Positions 47,067-56,530 of a stretch of DNA of 64,000 nucleotides are shown here, in pieces (the first letter of the stretch is position 1; each line of letters starts with the position of its first letter). The notes under the pieces are model-generated. The model saw only the letters and a program-made list of their open reading frames with translations. It made no database searches and was not told where the DNA came from. Source of the stretch: Gemmatimonadota bacterium (GTDB lineage Bacteria > Gemmatimonadota > Gemmatimonadetes > Gemmatimonadales > GWC2-71-9). The stretch spans positions 96,001-160,000 of the forward strand of contig JBDHAB010000006.1 of assembly GCA_039588295.1 (NCBI GenBank), written 5' to 3'. The translations under genes were made by a program, and so were the position numbers.

Positions 47067-47387
47067 TCACTCCGGTTCGATCTGGACGGCGCCGCCGTAG
47101 GCGAGGATCTCTGATGCCGCTCCCATGATATACGAGGTGGCGAAACGCACGCTGACGATGGCGTTTGCACCGAGGCTTTCCGCTTCCTTCACCATCCGGT
47201 CGATGGCTTGCTCCCGTGCCTCGCCCATCATCTTCGTGTATTCCTCGATCTCCCCACCCACGATGTTCTTGAGACCTGCCAAAATGTCGCGGCCGAGATG
47301 CCGCGCTCGGATCGTATTGCCGCGCACGAGCCCGACAGTCTTGACGATTCGATGGCCGGCAATAGTCGGAGAAGGTGTGACGATCAT
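47067..47387 (-). CDS. YbjQ/UPF0145 family protein
   Basis: GRDILAGLKNIVGGE, LGANAIV, AYGGAV. Confidence 0.92.
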   Translation of the reverse strand: MIVTPSPTIAGHRIVKTVGLVRGNTIRARHLGRDILAGLKNIVGGEIEEYTKMMGEAREQAIDRMVKEAESLGANAIVSVRFATSYIMGAASEILAYGGAVQIEPE

Positions 47388-47848
47388 CGTACCACGTCCT
47401 TGTAGGGATCAGCTTGCCTAGTAAAGAGCTTCTCGCGGATCACTGATATTAGCAGGATGACCACCCCGACGATCACGGCAAGGATGGCGACCTTGATGAA
47501 CATCGGGAGTTCCGGATCGCCGAACATGCTCTTGATTCCCGTCCACAAGCCATAGGATATCAAGACCACTGCTCCCAGCGATGCGAGAATCCACCCGACG
47601 CCGCGCTCGAGGCGCCGGTAGACCCCACCCCAATATCGGTCCCAGACCTCCTCTGAGGGTCGTCGCAAAGCCATGTCGCTCGTCACCTCCTTTAACCGCG
47701 CGAGTTGCAGCCACTCGGTCTCGAGCGCAGCATCGGCCTGGAGCAGGCGGTCCAGCTCCGTGCGATCCTGCGCCGTGATCTCTCCATCCAGCGCCGCCAT
47801 CATGAGACGGCGAGTCCTCTCGTCGCGTGGCGGTTCGCCCTGATTCAT
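47384..47848 (-). CDS. Putative membrane anti-sigma factor
   Basis: Coupled to the ECF gene; ALDGEI N-terminal motif; two TM. Confidence 0.75.
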   Translation of the reverse strand: MNQGEPPRDERTRRLMMAALDGEITAQDRTELDRLLQADAALETEWLQLARLKEVTSDMALRRPSEEVWDRYWGGVYRRLERGVGWILASLGAVVLISYGLWTGIKSMFGDPELPMFIKVAILAVIVGVVILLISVIREKLFTRQADPYKDVVR

Positions 47849-48456
47849 CGGTCCTCCCCGAGAGCCGCCGCCAGGGACTTCCTGGCACTGTACAGCCGCG
47901 ACATCACCGTGCCGATCGGAATTCCCAGGAGTTCGGCGATCTCGCGGTACCGCAGCTCCTCGAACTCCCGCAGTACCAGCACCTCACGTTCCCGTTCCGG
48001 TAGTACGTCGATGGCCCGTTCCAGGCGGCCCCGCAGGTCGGCGCGCTCGGCCAGGCGCGCCGGATCGCCGGCTCGCGCGCGATCCCTGATGTCCTCCACG
48101 AGCCATGGTGTCGCGGCCTCGAGCCTGGTGCGCCGGGTCCTGCGATCGCGCAGAAAATTGAAACACAGGCGTCGCAAGATCTGGTACAGCCACGGATAGA
48201 AGGGCCGCTCCGGATCGAGCCGCTGCCGGGCGTTGAAGGCGCGTGCGAATGCCTCCTGCGAGAGGTCCAGCGCGTCGTCGTGGGAGCCCACGAGCCCGAG
48301 GGCGGCGAAGTAGGCCCTGCGCATGTACCGTGCGACGAGCTCGCCGAACGCGTGCGCGTCACCGCGCTGCGCCGACTGCACGAGCTGGTGCTCTCCGGTG
48401 AACTGGTCAGCTGCCAGAGCGACCTCCAACACGACCCTCCGTCCGCCATGTGGCAA
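47845..48456 (-). CDS. ECF sigma factor (start uncertain)
   Basis: AFGELV, DLSQEAF, WLYQI, YREIAELLGIPIGTVMSRLYSAR. Confidence 0.92.
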   Translation of the reverse strand: MPHGGRRVVLEVALAADQFTGEHQLVQSAQRGDAHAFGELVARYMRRAYFAALGLVGSHDDALDLSQEAFARAFNARQRLDPERPFYPWLYQILRRLCFNFLRDRRTRRTRLEAATPWLVEDIRDRARAGDPARLAERADLRGRLERAIDVLPEREREVLVLREFEELRYREIAELLGIPIGTVMSRLYSARKSLAAALGEDR

Positions 48457-48468
48457 CGCTCATAAGGA

Positions 48469-48495
48469 GATACACGGCGCCGGTCGAGTTATTCA
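48469..48495 (-). promoter_or_regulatory. Candidate ECF autoregulatory promoter
   Basis: TGAATA-N16-GTATC just upstream of the ECF gene. Confidence 0.4.
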
Positions 48496-48623
48496 TGGGC
48501 CCAAGGGTGACGCTGGTGAAACCACCAATGGTACCTGGCGTAAGGTGGGGTCAAGTTCCCAAAACCGGTACCGGCGCACCCCGGTGTGTCGCCCTGAGGA
48601 GGCTGCGTGAGCTACAGGTCCCT

Positions 48624-48653
48624 TGGGGAGCGACCCGGGTCGATCGCTCCCCA
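48624..48653 (-). terminator. Stem-loop after the NTF2-like gene
   Basis: TGGGGAGCGA..TCGCTCCCCA, 10-bp stem. Confidence 0.6.
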
Positions 48654-48660
48654 CAACAGC

Positions 48661-49143
48661 CTACTGGCCCCGCCGCTGCGCGGCCATCCGTTCCTTGGCT
48701 TCCGGCGTCAGCTCCCACAACACATTGATGATCACCCAGTGGTCATCGACCTTACCGATGTGGAGGTAGTCGATCCAATCGGATGCGATGATCTTCACGC
48801 TCGACGTGTTGCCGTAGATGTCGAGGATCGTCACTTCGCTGCGTCGCCGATCTTCCGGGATCGACTGGCCGCCCCCCGCCGCGGTGCCCTGGACGAGCTG
48901 GGTGGCCGTCATGTTGTGGACCGCTGTCTTGCCATCGGGGCCGACGGCAACGATGCGCTTGGCCAGATTGGGGTGCAGCGCGCGTTTCATCCGCTCGGCG
49001 TTACCCGCGTAGTATCCATCGATATAGTCGAGCGCCGTTTGCCGAATCGCCGTGGAATCGGCCGCCGTCTGCGCCATCAGGTTAGCAGGGGCCAGCATGG
49101 CCACCGCAAGCGACACGACTGCGATCCGAGACTTGACTGACAT
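48661..49143 (-). CDS. Secreted NTF2-like (lumazine-binding-like) protein
   Basis: LDYIDGYY, ALHPNLAKR, WIDYLH, WVIINVLW. Confidence 0.85.
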   Translation of the reverse strand: MSVKSRIAVVSLAVAMLAPANLMAQTAADSTAIRQTALDYIDGYYAGNAERMKRALHPNLAKRIVAVGPDGKTAVHNMTATQLVQGTAAGGGQSIPEDRRRSEVTILDIYGNTSSVKIIASDWIDYLHIGKVDDHWVIINVLWELTPEAKERMAAQRRGQ

Positions 49144-49200
49144 GCACGCACCTTCCTTTCCGTTCCCTGTTGGCAGGCTCTCGACCGAAGTGAGGACGCG

Positions 49201-50385
49201 CTAGAAGTAGACCCGACCTCGGAGAAAGCCACCTTGGTTGTCGGTGCCGAATTCAGTTCCCTCCCCGCCGATGGTGAGCACGCCATTGAACACGACGTCG
49301 ACGTTCTCGGCAAAGGCGTATGCTACTGAGGGGATGAGTACCAGACTTCCGTCCCCGGCGTTCCCAAGGACGGACATCCCCACGTGCCACAGCTGGCCCA
49401 GGGGCCGGCTCCCCGAGGCGTAGAACATGGCCGTTCCGAGTGAGCGACTCGAACCGGCGAGACGACTGAGCCACGACTCAACGGGATACGGATTCTGCGA
49501 CTGCCCCCTCCCGTTGTAGTACCCTTCGACGAGCACCAGCGTCCCGTCCGTAAAGGAATAGTTCCCGCCGAGCGTGATCTCGGCCCACCGCCGGTTCGCG
49601 TGATCGGACCAGATGCCCTCGGCCCAGATGCCCAGACCGAGGAGCTCGCCGGAGACATCGCCCCCAACCGTGACGCGTTGCTCCAGCGGATCGGGATCGA
49701 TGCCGAGACCGGCTGGCACCAGTGCCTCGTGGGTCACCGCCGCCAGCGCTGAGAGATCGAAGCCAGCGACGTGATGCCGCGCTCGGATGAGCTTCCCGCT
49801 CGTGTCGAACGCGCCGTCGGGGACGAAGGCCACCATCACATCGCTCAGGGATCCGAGCGATAGCGTCGTGGAGAGGGCACCTACGCCCTCGCGTTCGTAG
49901 GTCGGCTCGAAGAGGTCCTTGGGCCGGAAGAGTTCCGTGGGGTTGAACGCCCAGGCAGCGCCCCATGTTAGGTATTGCTTTCCGACGGTGAGCTGGACGG
50001 GTCCGGGTTGGAACCGGACGTATGCGTGGTTGAGGAAGTGCTGATGGTCGAGCGTGATCACGGCCGAGTCGATATCCGAGGCCAAGTTCGCCGGGAGCAG
50101 GTCGCGCACGTCGATCTCGGTGTCACCGCGGTACAGTTGGAAGACGACGGCGGCCGTGCCGAACGTGCCCCTACCGGCCCGCGCGTCCAGGTCCACGCGA
50201 AACCGGTCGTAGTCGAGCTGACGCCAAGCGTCGGCGGTGTGGTTGACGGCGAACTGGTGCTCGAAGTAGCCCCGAGCGCGGAATTCCTGTTGCGCCTGCA
50301 GCTGTGACGACGTGACCACGGCAGCGAGCGCGACCGGCCAAATACCGTGCCGGCCCACCCGGCAGCCCTGGAGCCATCCGGTCAC
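49201..50385 (-). CDS. Probable outer-membrane beta-barrel protein
   Basis: Signal peptide, GKQYLTWG..FNPT, amphipathic strands, terminal VYF; GTGA overlap. Confidence 0.7.
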   Translation of the reverse strand: MTGWLQGCRVGRHGIWPVALAAVVTSSQLQAQQEFRARGYFEHQFAVNHTADAWRQLDYDRFRVDLDARAGRGTFGTAAVVFQLYRGDTEIDVRDLLPANLASDIDSAVITLDHQHFLNHAYVRFQPGPVQLTVGKQYLTWGAAWAFNPTELFRPKDLFEPTYEREGVGALSTTLSLGSLSDVMVAFVPDGAFDTSGKLIRARHHVAGFDLSALAAVTHEALVPAGLGIDPDPLEQRVTVGGDVSGELLGLGIWAEGIWSDHANRRWAEITLGGNYSFTDGTLVLVEGYYNGRGQSQNPYPVESWLSRLAGSSRSLGTAMFYASGSRPLGQLWHVGMSVLGNAGDGSLVLIPSVAYAFAENVDVVFNGVLTIGGEGTEFGTDNQGGFLRGRVYF

Positions 50386-51146
50386 GACCCACTCTCGAGG
50401 TGGCGAAGACTGAAGATCTCGTCCGCTATGGCCACGTTGAAGCGGATGTCCAGCACTTGGAGTGTGGTGCGTGTGTCGGCCTGCAGTGCATTGTCGAGCT
50501 CGATCCGGAACGGATACCACCGATCTCCGACGCGGCGTACGTCGCCGAACTCCGCTGTCTTGAGCAGCTTGCCGCTCCGGGCAAACCACTCCTCCTTGAG
50601 GGGTACCAGGCGCTCCATGTCCACCCACACACGCCGCCCGGGATACGAGAGATCCGCGCGTCGCGCGGTGAGATACAGGACGTACGCCTGGCGGCCTTCC
50701 AGCGTGTCACGACGTTCGATCGTGGCATCGTAGTCCTCTGCCATGCTGGGGTTCTCGCTGGCGTCACCGTACGAGAAATCGCTGCCCATCAAGCCCTGCC
50801 GCAGCATGTGTCCCTGGATCCGCACGCTCTTGCCGACTCGTGGGAGGAAGATCCACATCGCGTTGCCACGACGGAGGAACCGGCTGCCGGCGTCCCGTGC
50901 CGGAGCGGTGAACTCCATGAACGCCTGGTCCGTACCCAGCGACCACGATTCGAATGTGAGGTCGCGAACGTCCCCTTCGCGGTAGGTGATCGACATCCGG
51001 GCGGTCAGCCTGGCCGTCGTGACCGTCATGTTGGCGTCGACCCGGTCCAGGACTTCCCGTGCCGTGAGTTGGGCGTGGGACGGTGTCGCAGTGCTCACCC
51101 AAAGAGCGAGCGCCGCGACCGTGGCGTGGCGAAGCTCGGTCGGCAT
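50382..51146 (-). CDS. Outer-membrane lipoprotein-sorting (LolA-like) protein
   Basis: PARDAGSRFL, MWIFLP, MGSDFSYGD, SGKLLK. Confidence 0.85.
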   Translation of the reverse strand: MPTELRHATVAALALWVSTATPSHAQLTAREVLDRVDANMTVTTARLTARMSITYREGDVRDLTFESWSLGTDQAFMEFTAPARDAGSRFLRRGNAMWIFLPRVGKSVRIQGHMLRQGLMGSDFSYGDASENPSMAEDYDATIERRDTLEGRQAYVLYLTARRADLSYPGRRVWVDMERLVPLKEEWFARSGKLLKTAEFGDVRRVGDRWYPFRIELDNALQADTRTTLQVLDIRFNVAIADEIFSLRHLESGS

Positions 51147-51156
51147 GCTACCTCCC

Positions 51157-52404
51157 CTATGCTCTGAGGGACTCTGCGGGCGACCTCCGAACGGCCCGCC
51201 AAGCCGGGTACAACGTGGCCAGCGCTGCGGCAAGGACACCTGAGGCTATGGTCACGAGTGCGAACGTCGGCCTCCAGTCGGGGTAAAGCCGTCCCTGGAA
51301 TGGCATGTCGACTGCACGCGCAGCCCCAGCTACGCTGATGCCCGTCTGCTCGAGCCATACCGCGAACAGCGTACCAATCACCCCACCAACGACGGCTCCG
51401 AGGAGGCCGATCAGACTTCCTTCGGCCAAGATCAGTTTCACGATGTCCCTGCGTCGCATGCCGAGTGCCGCGTACATCCCGTACTCACGCATCCGCTCCA
51501 TGACGGTCATGAGCATGGTGTTCACGATGACGAGACACGCCATCGTGAGCAGGATCAGGAAGAACACCGCCAAAATCGGCTGCATCATATCGAGCATCCG
51601 CACCAACTGGCCCTGGTCATGCCATGACAGAACCTCGATCTCTTTGAACTCGGGAGACAGCGCCTTGCGAAGCTCCTCCGCCAGGCCCTGTGCATGTGTG
51701 TGATCGTCGGCGAACACCACGATCTCTGTGGTAGCGTCTTGCAGATCCACCATTGATTGCGCCTGGTCCAGTGGTGCGATGAGGAACGTGTTGTCCAAGT
51801 ACGGGATTCCCGAGGAGGCGAGGCCGGTCACCACGAGGCGTGCCCCTCCCAACGAGCGGTACGCAGTCTGGCTCAACAAGGTCAATGTGTCGCCGATCCC
51901 AACACCGAGCTTCTCCGCGAACTCGGCGCCGACCAAGACCTCCGGACTCCCAGCGCGGGGCAACCGGCCACTCGCGGTCATGGCCTGGGGGCCGAGATAT
52001 CGCTCCTCTCTCGAGAGATCCACGCCGAGCAGTAATCCGGGGCGGTTGACGCTCGCGCCGTCCACCAGGGCAGCCAGCCTGATGCGTGGGAGCGCCTCGG
52101 TCACGCCGGGGTGACCGCGAACGATCTCCAACATCTCGGAGAGGCGTCGCATGTTCAGGTGCACGGGCAGGAACCGCTCGCGCTCAGTGTATCCCTCGTG
52201 CCGGATCCGCACGTGGCCCGACTCCAGCCGAGCGTAGCTGTCGAGCAAGTTGCCGATGATGCCGGTCAGGTGGGCGAGGCCGTAGGTGAGTGCGGCCACC
52301 GCCACCATGATGGCGGATAGGGTGAGGAGGGTGCGCCGGGTGTTGCGTCGCGCGTTCCGCAACGCGAGGCGGACAAGTGGGATACGGCGCTTCCGATCAG
52401 ACAT
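51157..52404 (-). CDS. LolE/FtsX-type ABC permease
   Basis: RNTRRT, NTMLMTVMERMREYG, YPAWRA. Confidence 0.9.
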   Translation of the reverse strand: MSDRKRRIPLVRLALRNARRNTRRTLLTLSAIMVAVAALTYGLAHLTGIIGNLLDSYARLESGHVRIRHEGYTERERFLPVHLNMRRLSEMLEIVRGHPGVTEALPRIRLAALVDGASVNRPGLLLGVDLSREERYLGPQAMTASGRLPRAGSPEVLVGAEFAEKLGVGIGDTLTLLSQTAYRSLGGARLVVTGLASSGIPYLDNTFLIAPLDQAQSMVDLQDATTEIVVFADDHTHAQGLAEELRKALSPEFKEIEVLSWHDQGQLVRMLDMMQPILAVFFLILLTMACLVIVNTMLMTVMERMREYGMYAALGMRRRDIVKLILAEGSLIGLLGAVVGGVIGTLFAVWLEQTGISVAGAARAVDMPFQGRLYPDWRPTFALVTIASGVLAAALATLYPAWRAVRRSPAESLRA

Positions 52405-53668
52405 GGCGAAGCGCCTCCACGGGGTCCTGGCGACTCGCCCGCACCGCTGGGTACAGTGATGCGATGGCCGCGAGGGCGCCCGTCCCCAACCAGCACCCGA
52501 GTACGAGACCCGCACTGATCGCGGGATAGAGGACGTCCTTTACGGGGTAGCCGAGGTCCATGTCACCGTAGAGGGCGTTGAGGTCGATGCCCACGGACGC
52601 GAAGTACCCGATGATGGCGAGCGCCACGGCCGAGCCAAGAGCGCCACCCAGGAGGCCTGTCAGTCCGCCCTCGAGCAGGAAGAGTCGCTGCACGCCGGTA
52701 CCGCGCAGTCCCATGGCCATCATCATTCCGATCTCGCGAGTGCGCTCGAACGCGGCCATCAGCACGGTGTTGGTGACTCCCACCAGTGCGATGACGATGA
52801 AGATGCCGAGCATGACGCCCTGGCCCGTGCGCTTCACTTTCACGAGGGCCATGAAGTCCTGCTCCATCTCCTCCCAACTCTTAACGGTCAGCCCCTCGGC
52901 CTCCATCGCGTCACGCAGTCGACGCAGCGTCGCCGACTCCCTCGCTCGAGCGGCGAAGCGGACTGCGACTTCCGTGGCCGCCGTCTCCATTCCGAGCAGG
53001 TACTGCGCCGTGCGCAGTGGCAGGAGGAAGCTGTTGCGATCGATCAGCGGATTCCCCGTACCCACGAGGCCGACGACGGGGAGGTCGAGCGCTTCATAGG
53101 CACCTGCCTGGGTCTTGGCGAGCACCGTGAGCCAATCGCCCGCCGACACCCCGAACAGCTCGGCGAGGCCGCTCCCGAGGAGCAGACCGTCCTCATCTTC
53201 GGTGAGGTATGTCCCGGCCACGACGGCCTGCGGGATGCGGAACACGTCGGCGTCGCTTCCGGTCACCTGGATCCCGACGCCGAGGCAGGCGATCTGGTCG
53301 ATGCCATCCGACAATCGTGCCGAGAAGGTGAGACGTGGGGTCGTGGCAGCCACTCCATCCACCGATCGCGCCTTTTCCTGGATGCGCTCGAGTTGGCTCA
53401 ACGGGTAATCCAACGGGAATTCGTCTCGCAGTTCGAAGTGCCCGGCGGCATAGAGCTTGGCGTGAGCGGTTTGATACCGGATCAGGTTGTCGAACGACTG
53501 TTGCTCGACGGCGGTGAGGAGCGCCAGGAAACACTGGAACAGGAGCACCGCGATGGCGACCGTCGTCGCCGTGATCCACGTACGGCGCCGGTTGCGTCGG
53601 AGATTGCGCCAAGCCACGCGGACCGTGTGGGCTGTGCTCAGCCTGCCCGGAATGGTCTCACGCGCCAC
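52397..53668 (-). CDS. LolE/FtsX-type ABC permease
   Basis: RNRRRT, FERTREIGMMMAMG, DPVEALRHV. Confidence 0.9.
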   Translation of the reverse strand: MARETIPGRLSTAHTVRVAWRNLRRNRRRTWITATTVAIAVLLFQCFLALLTAVEQQSFDNLIRYQTAHAKLYAAGHFELRDEFPLDYPLSQLERIQEKARSVDGVAATTPRLTFSARLSDGIDQIACLGVGIQVTGSDADVFRIPQAVVAGTYLTEDEDGLLLGSGLAELFGVSAGDWLTVLAKTQAGAYEALDLPVVGLVGTGNPLIDRNSFLLPLRTAQYLLGMETAATEVAVRFAARARESATLRRLRDAMEAEGLTVKSWEEMEQDFMALVKVKRTGQGVMLGIFIVIALVGVTNTVLMAAFERTREIGMMMAMGLRGTGVQRLFLLEGGLTGLLGGALGSAVALAIIGYFASVGIDLNALYGDMDLGYPVKDVLYPAISAGLVLGCWLGTGALAAIASLYPAVRASRQDPVEALRHV

Positions 53669-54368
53669 GACGGCCTCCGTTGCGCCGCTTGTCCGACTCG
53701 ATGCGACCGTCACGCAGCCGTACGAGGCGGTTAGCCCGCTCCATCACCATAGGATCATGGGTCGAGAACACGAACGTGGTCTCATGGCGTTCGTTCATGG
53801 CCTGCATGAGGTCCATGATCTCCCCGGCGGTTGTGCTGTCGAGGTTTGCCGTGGGCTCGTCAGCGAGCACCAGGGTCGGCCCCTTGACCAAGGCGCGCGC
53901 GATGCCGACCCGCTGTTGCTGTCCCCCGCTGAGTTCGGTTGGCCGCCGGTCGGCCAGGTCGCCCAGGCCGACTTCCTCGAGCATGCGCTGCACGCGGGTT
54001 TTGCGCTCCGCTGGGTCTGCGATCCCGTGAAGCTGCAGCGGTAGCTCCACGTTCTCCTCCACGGTGAGGACGGGTACGAGGTTGAACGTCTGAAACACGA
54101 ACCCGAGGTGGGTATTACGGAAATCGGCCAGGGTCTTAGCGGAGAGGCCCTCCGTCGACTGCTCGCCGATCCAGATTGACCCGCCTGTGGGCGTGTCGAG
54201 TGCGCCGAGGAGGTTGAGAATCGTGGTCTTGCCGGATCCCGATGGCCCGGCAATGGAGAGAAACGCGCCGGCCTCGATGTCGAGGCTCACCCCCCGGACG
54301 GCCTGAACGTCGATGTCGCCCACCCGGTAGACCTTCTTGACGTCGACCAATCGCGCTGCGAGTGCCAT
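53658..54368 (-). CDS. ABC ATP-binding protein (LolD-like)
   Basis: GPSGSGKTT, LSGGQQQR, DEPTANLD, STHD. Confidence 0.95.
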   Translation of the reverse strand: MALAARLVDVKKVYRVGDIDVQAVRGVSLDIEAGAFLSIAGPSGSGKTTILNLLGALDTPTGGSIWIGEQSTEGLSAKTLADFRNTHLGFVFQTFNLVPVLTVEENVELPLQLHGIADPAERKTRVQRMLEEVGLGDLADRRPTELSGGQQQRVGIARALVKGPTLVLADEPTANLDSTTAGEIMDLMQAMNERHETTFVFSTHDPMVMERANRLVRLRDGRIESDKRRNGGRRGA

Positions 54369-54372
54369 CGGT

Positions 54373-54861
54373 TCACTCCTTGAGCACCTTCCGCGGCTGT
54401 CGCCGACGCTCACCACGTTTCCACTGCGTGAGCATGTCGTTCATCTTGTAGGCCGCGAAGTCGTAGAACTCGCGCATCTCTTCGAGTCGGGTCTGCGCGC
54501 TGACGTTGTCTGGATCAACTGCTTCCAGCCCCTCTTGGGCGAGCCGGACCATCTCGTGGACGGTGGAGAGCCGGGCCGCGAGCACGCGCTCGAACGATCC
54601 GGGCAGCATCTCGTAGTAGTCTCGTCGGTCGCCGGGGATGCTCACCTGATGAGTGAGGCCGACCTGCTCACACAGCCGAGCGTTCGTGCTGGCAGACGCC
54701 TTGCTCACCCGAAGGACTTGCACCACGTCATCGAGTGAGACCGGCCGGTCCGCCACCAGGAGCAGACCGAACAACCGTCCGAAGGTACGGGTCAGGTTGA
54801 GCCGCTCCATCGCCAGTCCAGTGCGTTCGATGAAGGCCCGGGTTTCCTGATTCAGCTGCAT
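54373..54861 (-). CDS. GbsR/MarR family regulator
   Basis: GRLFGLL, SLDD, VSKASASTNAR, PGDRRDYY. Confidence 0.85.
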   Translation of the reverse strand: MQLNQETRAFIERTGLAMERLNLTRTFGRLFGLLLVADRPVSLDDVVQVLRVSKASASTNARLCEQVGLTHQVSIPGDRRDYYEMLPGSFERVLAARLSTVHEMVRLAQEGLEAVDPDNVSAQTRLEEMREFYDFAAYKMNDMLTQWKRGERRRQPRKVLKE

Positions 54862-54894
54862 GGCATCCTGTCTGACGGCTCGTTTGAGCAAAGG

Positions 54895-54945
54895 TAAGTA
54901 CGTTCAGAATGTTTTGAAAGTTTCAAATAAAAGAAAAGTTCTGAG
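54895..54945. promoter_or_regulatory. AT-rich operator region with overlapping palindromes
   Basis: TTCAGAATGTTTTGAA (54903) and perfect TTTGAAA-G-TTTCAAA (54913) upstream of the regulator. Confidence 0.65.
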
Positions 54946-54978
54946 ATCGGAATTGCCGGCGCGGGCTGGGAGGTTACC

Positions 54979-56271
54979 TCAGCTGTCTCCGTTGAGTTGG
55001 GAGACGTGGCTCACACGATTGCGGCCCTGGTCCTTTGAATGGTAGAGCGCGCGATCGGCCTCCGTCAGCACCTGCGAGATCCACTCCGAGTCCGGCCGGT
55101 CTTGCGGTCGGGCGAACACCGCGGTTGTGGCACCCACGCTGATCGTGATGCTGCGCTGCGGCCAGGAGGCATCCTCGGTGGCGCGTCGGAACCGCTCGCC
55201 GAGCCGGATCGATCCCGCGGGGTCGGTCTCCGGGAGAACGATTCCGAATTCCTCGCCGCCCAACCGCGCGACGTAGTCGCTGCGGCGCGCGGTATCGCGC
55301 AGGATGCGGGCGAGTTGCCTCATGACTTCGTCGCCCGCGAGATGGCCGTACTGATCGTTGTACGCCTTGAAATAATCGATGTCGAGGATGAGCAGTGACA
55401 GCGGTCGTGAGGTCCGCAGCGCGAATTCCTTCTGGAATCCCAGATGATCGAGAAAAGCGCGGCGATTCCACAACGCGGTCAGGGCATCCGTCGCGGCCAA
55501 TTCCTTCAGTTGGCTGTTCACGGCCTCAATTTCGCGGGACTGCTCGGCAACAAGCTGCTCCGCCAGTTTCCGCTCGGTGAGATCCACGATGGCACTGACC
55601 ACCAGGTTGCCTTCGGACGCGGCTACCGGGTTGAGGCCAATCTCCACCGGCATGGTGGTTCCATCGCGGCGCTGTGCGATGAGATCTCGATGCCGGCCCA
55701 TGGGCCGGACCTGGGGCGCATCCCAGTAGCGCTCGCGGTCCCGCCGATGTTGGGTGCGTGCAGCGTCTGGCACGAGGATCTCGATGGACTGACCGACGAG
55801 CTCCCCGCTGTCGTACCCGAACAGCCGCTCAGTCTCGCGGTTGGCCATCACGATGGTGCCAGTCTCGTTCGCGACCACCATGGCACAGGGCGATGACTGG
55901 ATCGCAAGTCGGAACCGCTCGTGTTGCCGCATGCGATCCGTCAGATCACGAGCAAGCACACACAGGGTTCGGTGGGCAGGATCCGGGTGCAGCGTCCACT
56001 CGAGGTGGCGGAACGTACCATCGGGAGAGCGTAGGCGGCCCTCGAACCTGGTTGCCTCCGCGCCGGCCGCGAGTTTGTCGAATTCCACCGTGATGGTGGG
56101 GACGTCGTCGGGATGCAGGAGGGCGAGCAACCCGTTCCCGATGACCTGATCCGCGCGCCAGCCCGACGTGCGCTCGAACGCCGCATTGACCTGGAGCACC
56201 TCGCGCTCGGCGCCGAGAAGGCAGAGCACGTCGGGTGAGGCGTCAAAGAGCCTGGCGAAGTCGAACTGCAT
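54979..56271 (-). CDS. PAS-PAS-GGDEF diguanylate cyclase
   Basis: Two PAS domains; TDALT, DIDYFK, RxxD I-site, GGEEF. Confidence 0.93.
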   Translation of the reverse strand: MQFDFARLFDASPDVLCLLGAEREVLQVNAAFERTSGWRADQVIGNGLLALLHPDDVPTITVEFDKLAAGAEATRFEGRLRSPDGTFRHLEWTLHPDPAHRTLCVLARDLTDRMRQHERFRLAIQSSPCAMVVANETGTIVMANRETERLFGYDSGELVGQSIEILVPDAARTQHRRDRERYWDAPQVRPMGRHRDLIAQRRDGTTMPVEIGLNPVAASEGNLVVSAIVDLTERKLAEQLVAEQSREIEAVNSQLKELAATDALTALWNRRAFLDHLGFQKEFALRTSRPLSLLILDIDYFKAYNDQYGHLAGDEVMRQLARILRDTARRSDYVARLGGEEFGIVLPETDPAGSIRLGERFRRATEDASWPQRSITISVGATTAVFARPQDRPDSEWISQVLTEADRALYHSKDQGRNRVSHVSQLNGDS

Positions 56272-56530
56272 GCGTCGTTCCTCCAGACTGCCCCCCGGAA
56301 GCCTGACGGCCGTTCTCTTCATTAGATAGGACATGCCGCGGATTGGCGCCAGTCCCCATTGGAGTCGGCCGATCGTCGCTCCAGGCTCCGGTCCGTCGTC
56401 CACCCTGCGTCGTGGTGGTCGAGAATGGGTCCGATTGGCTATCCTTCAACACAATTGACAGGACCTCCTGTGCCTCCGGGCTGTTGGGGACGAAGGACGT
56501 GACGCGTCGAGGAAGCGAGGACACACCACC

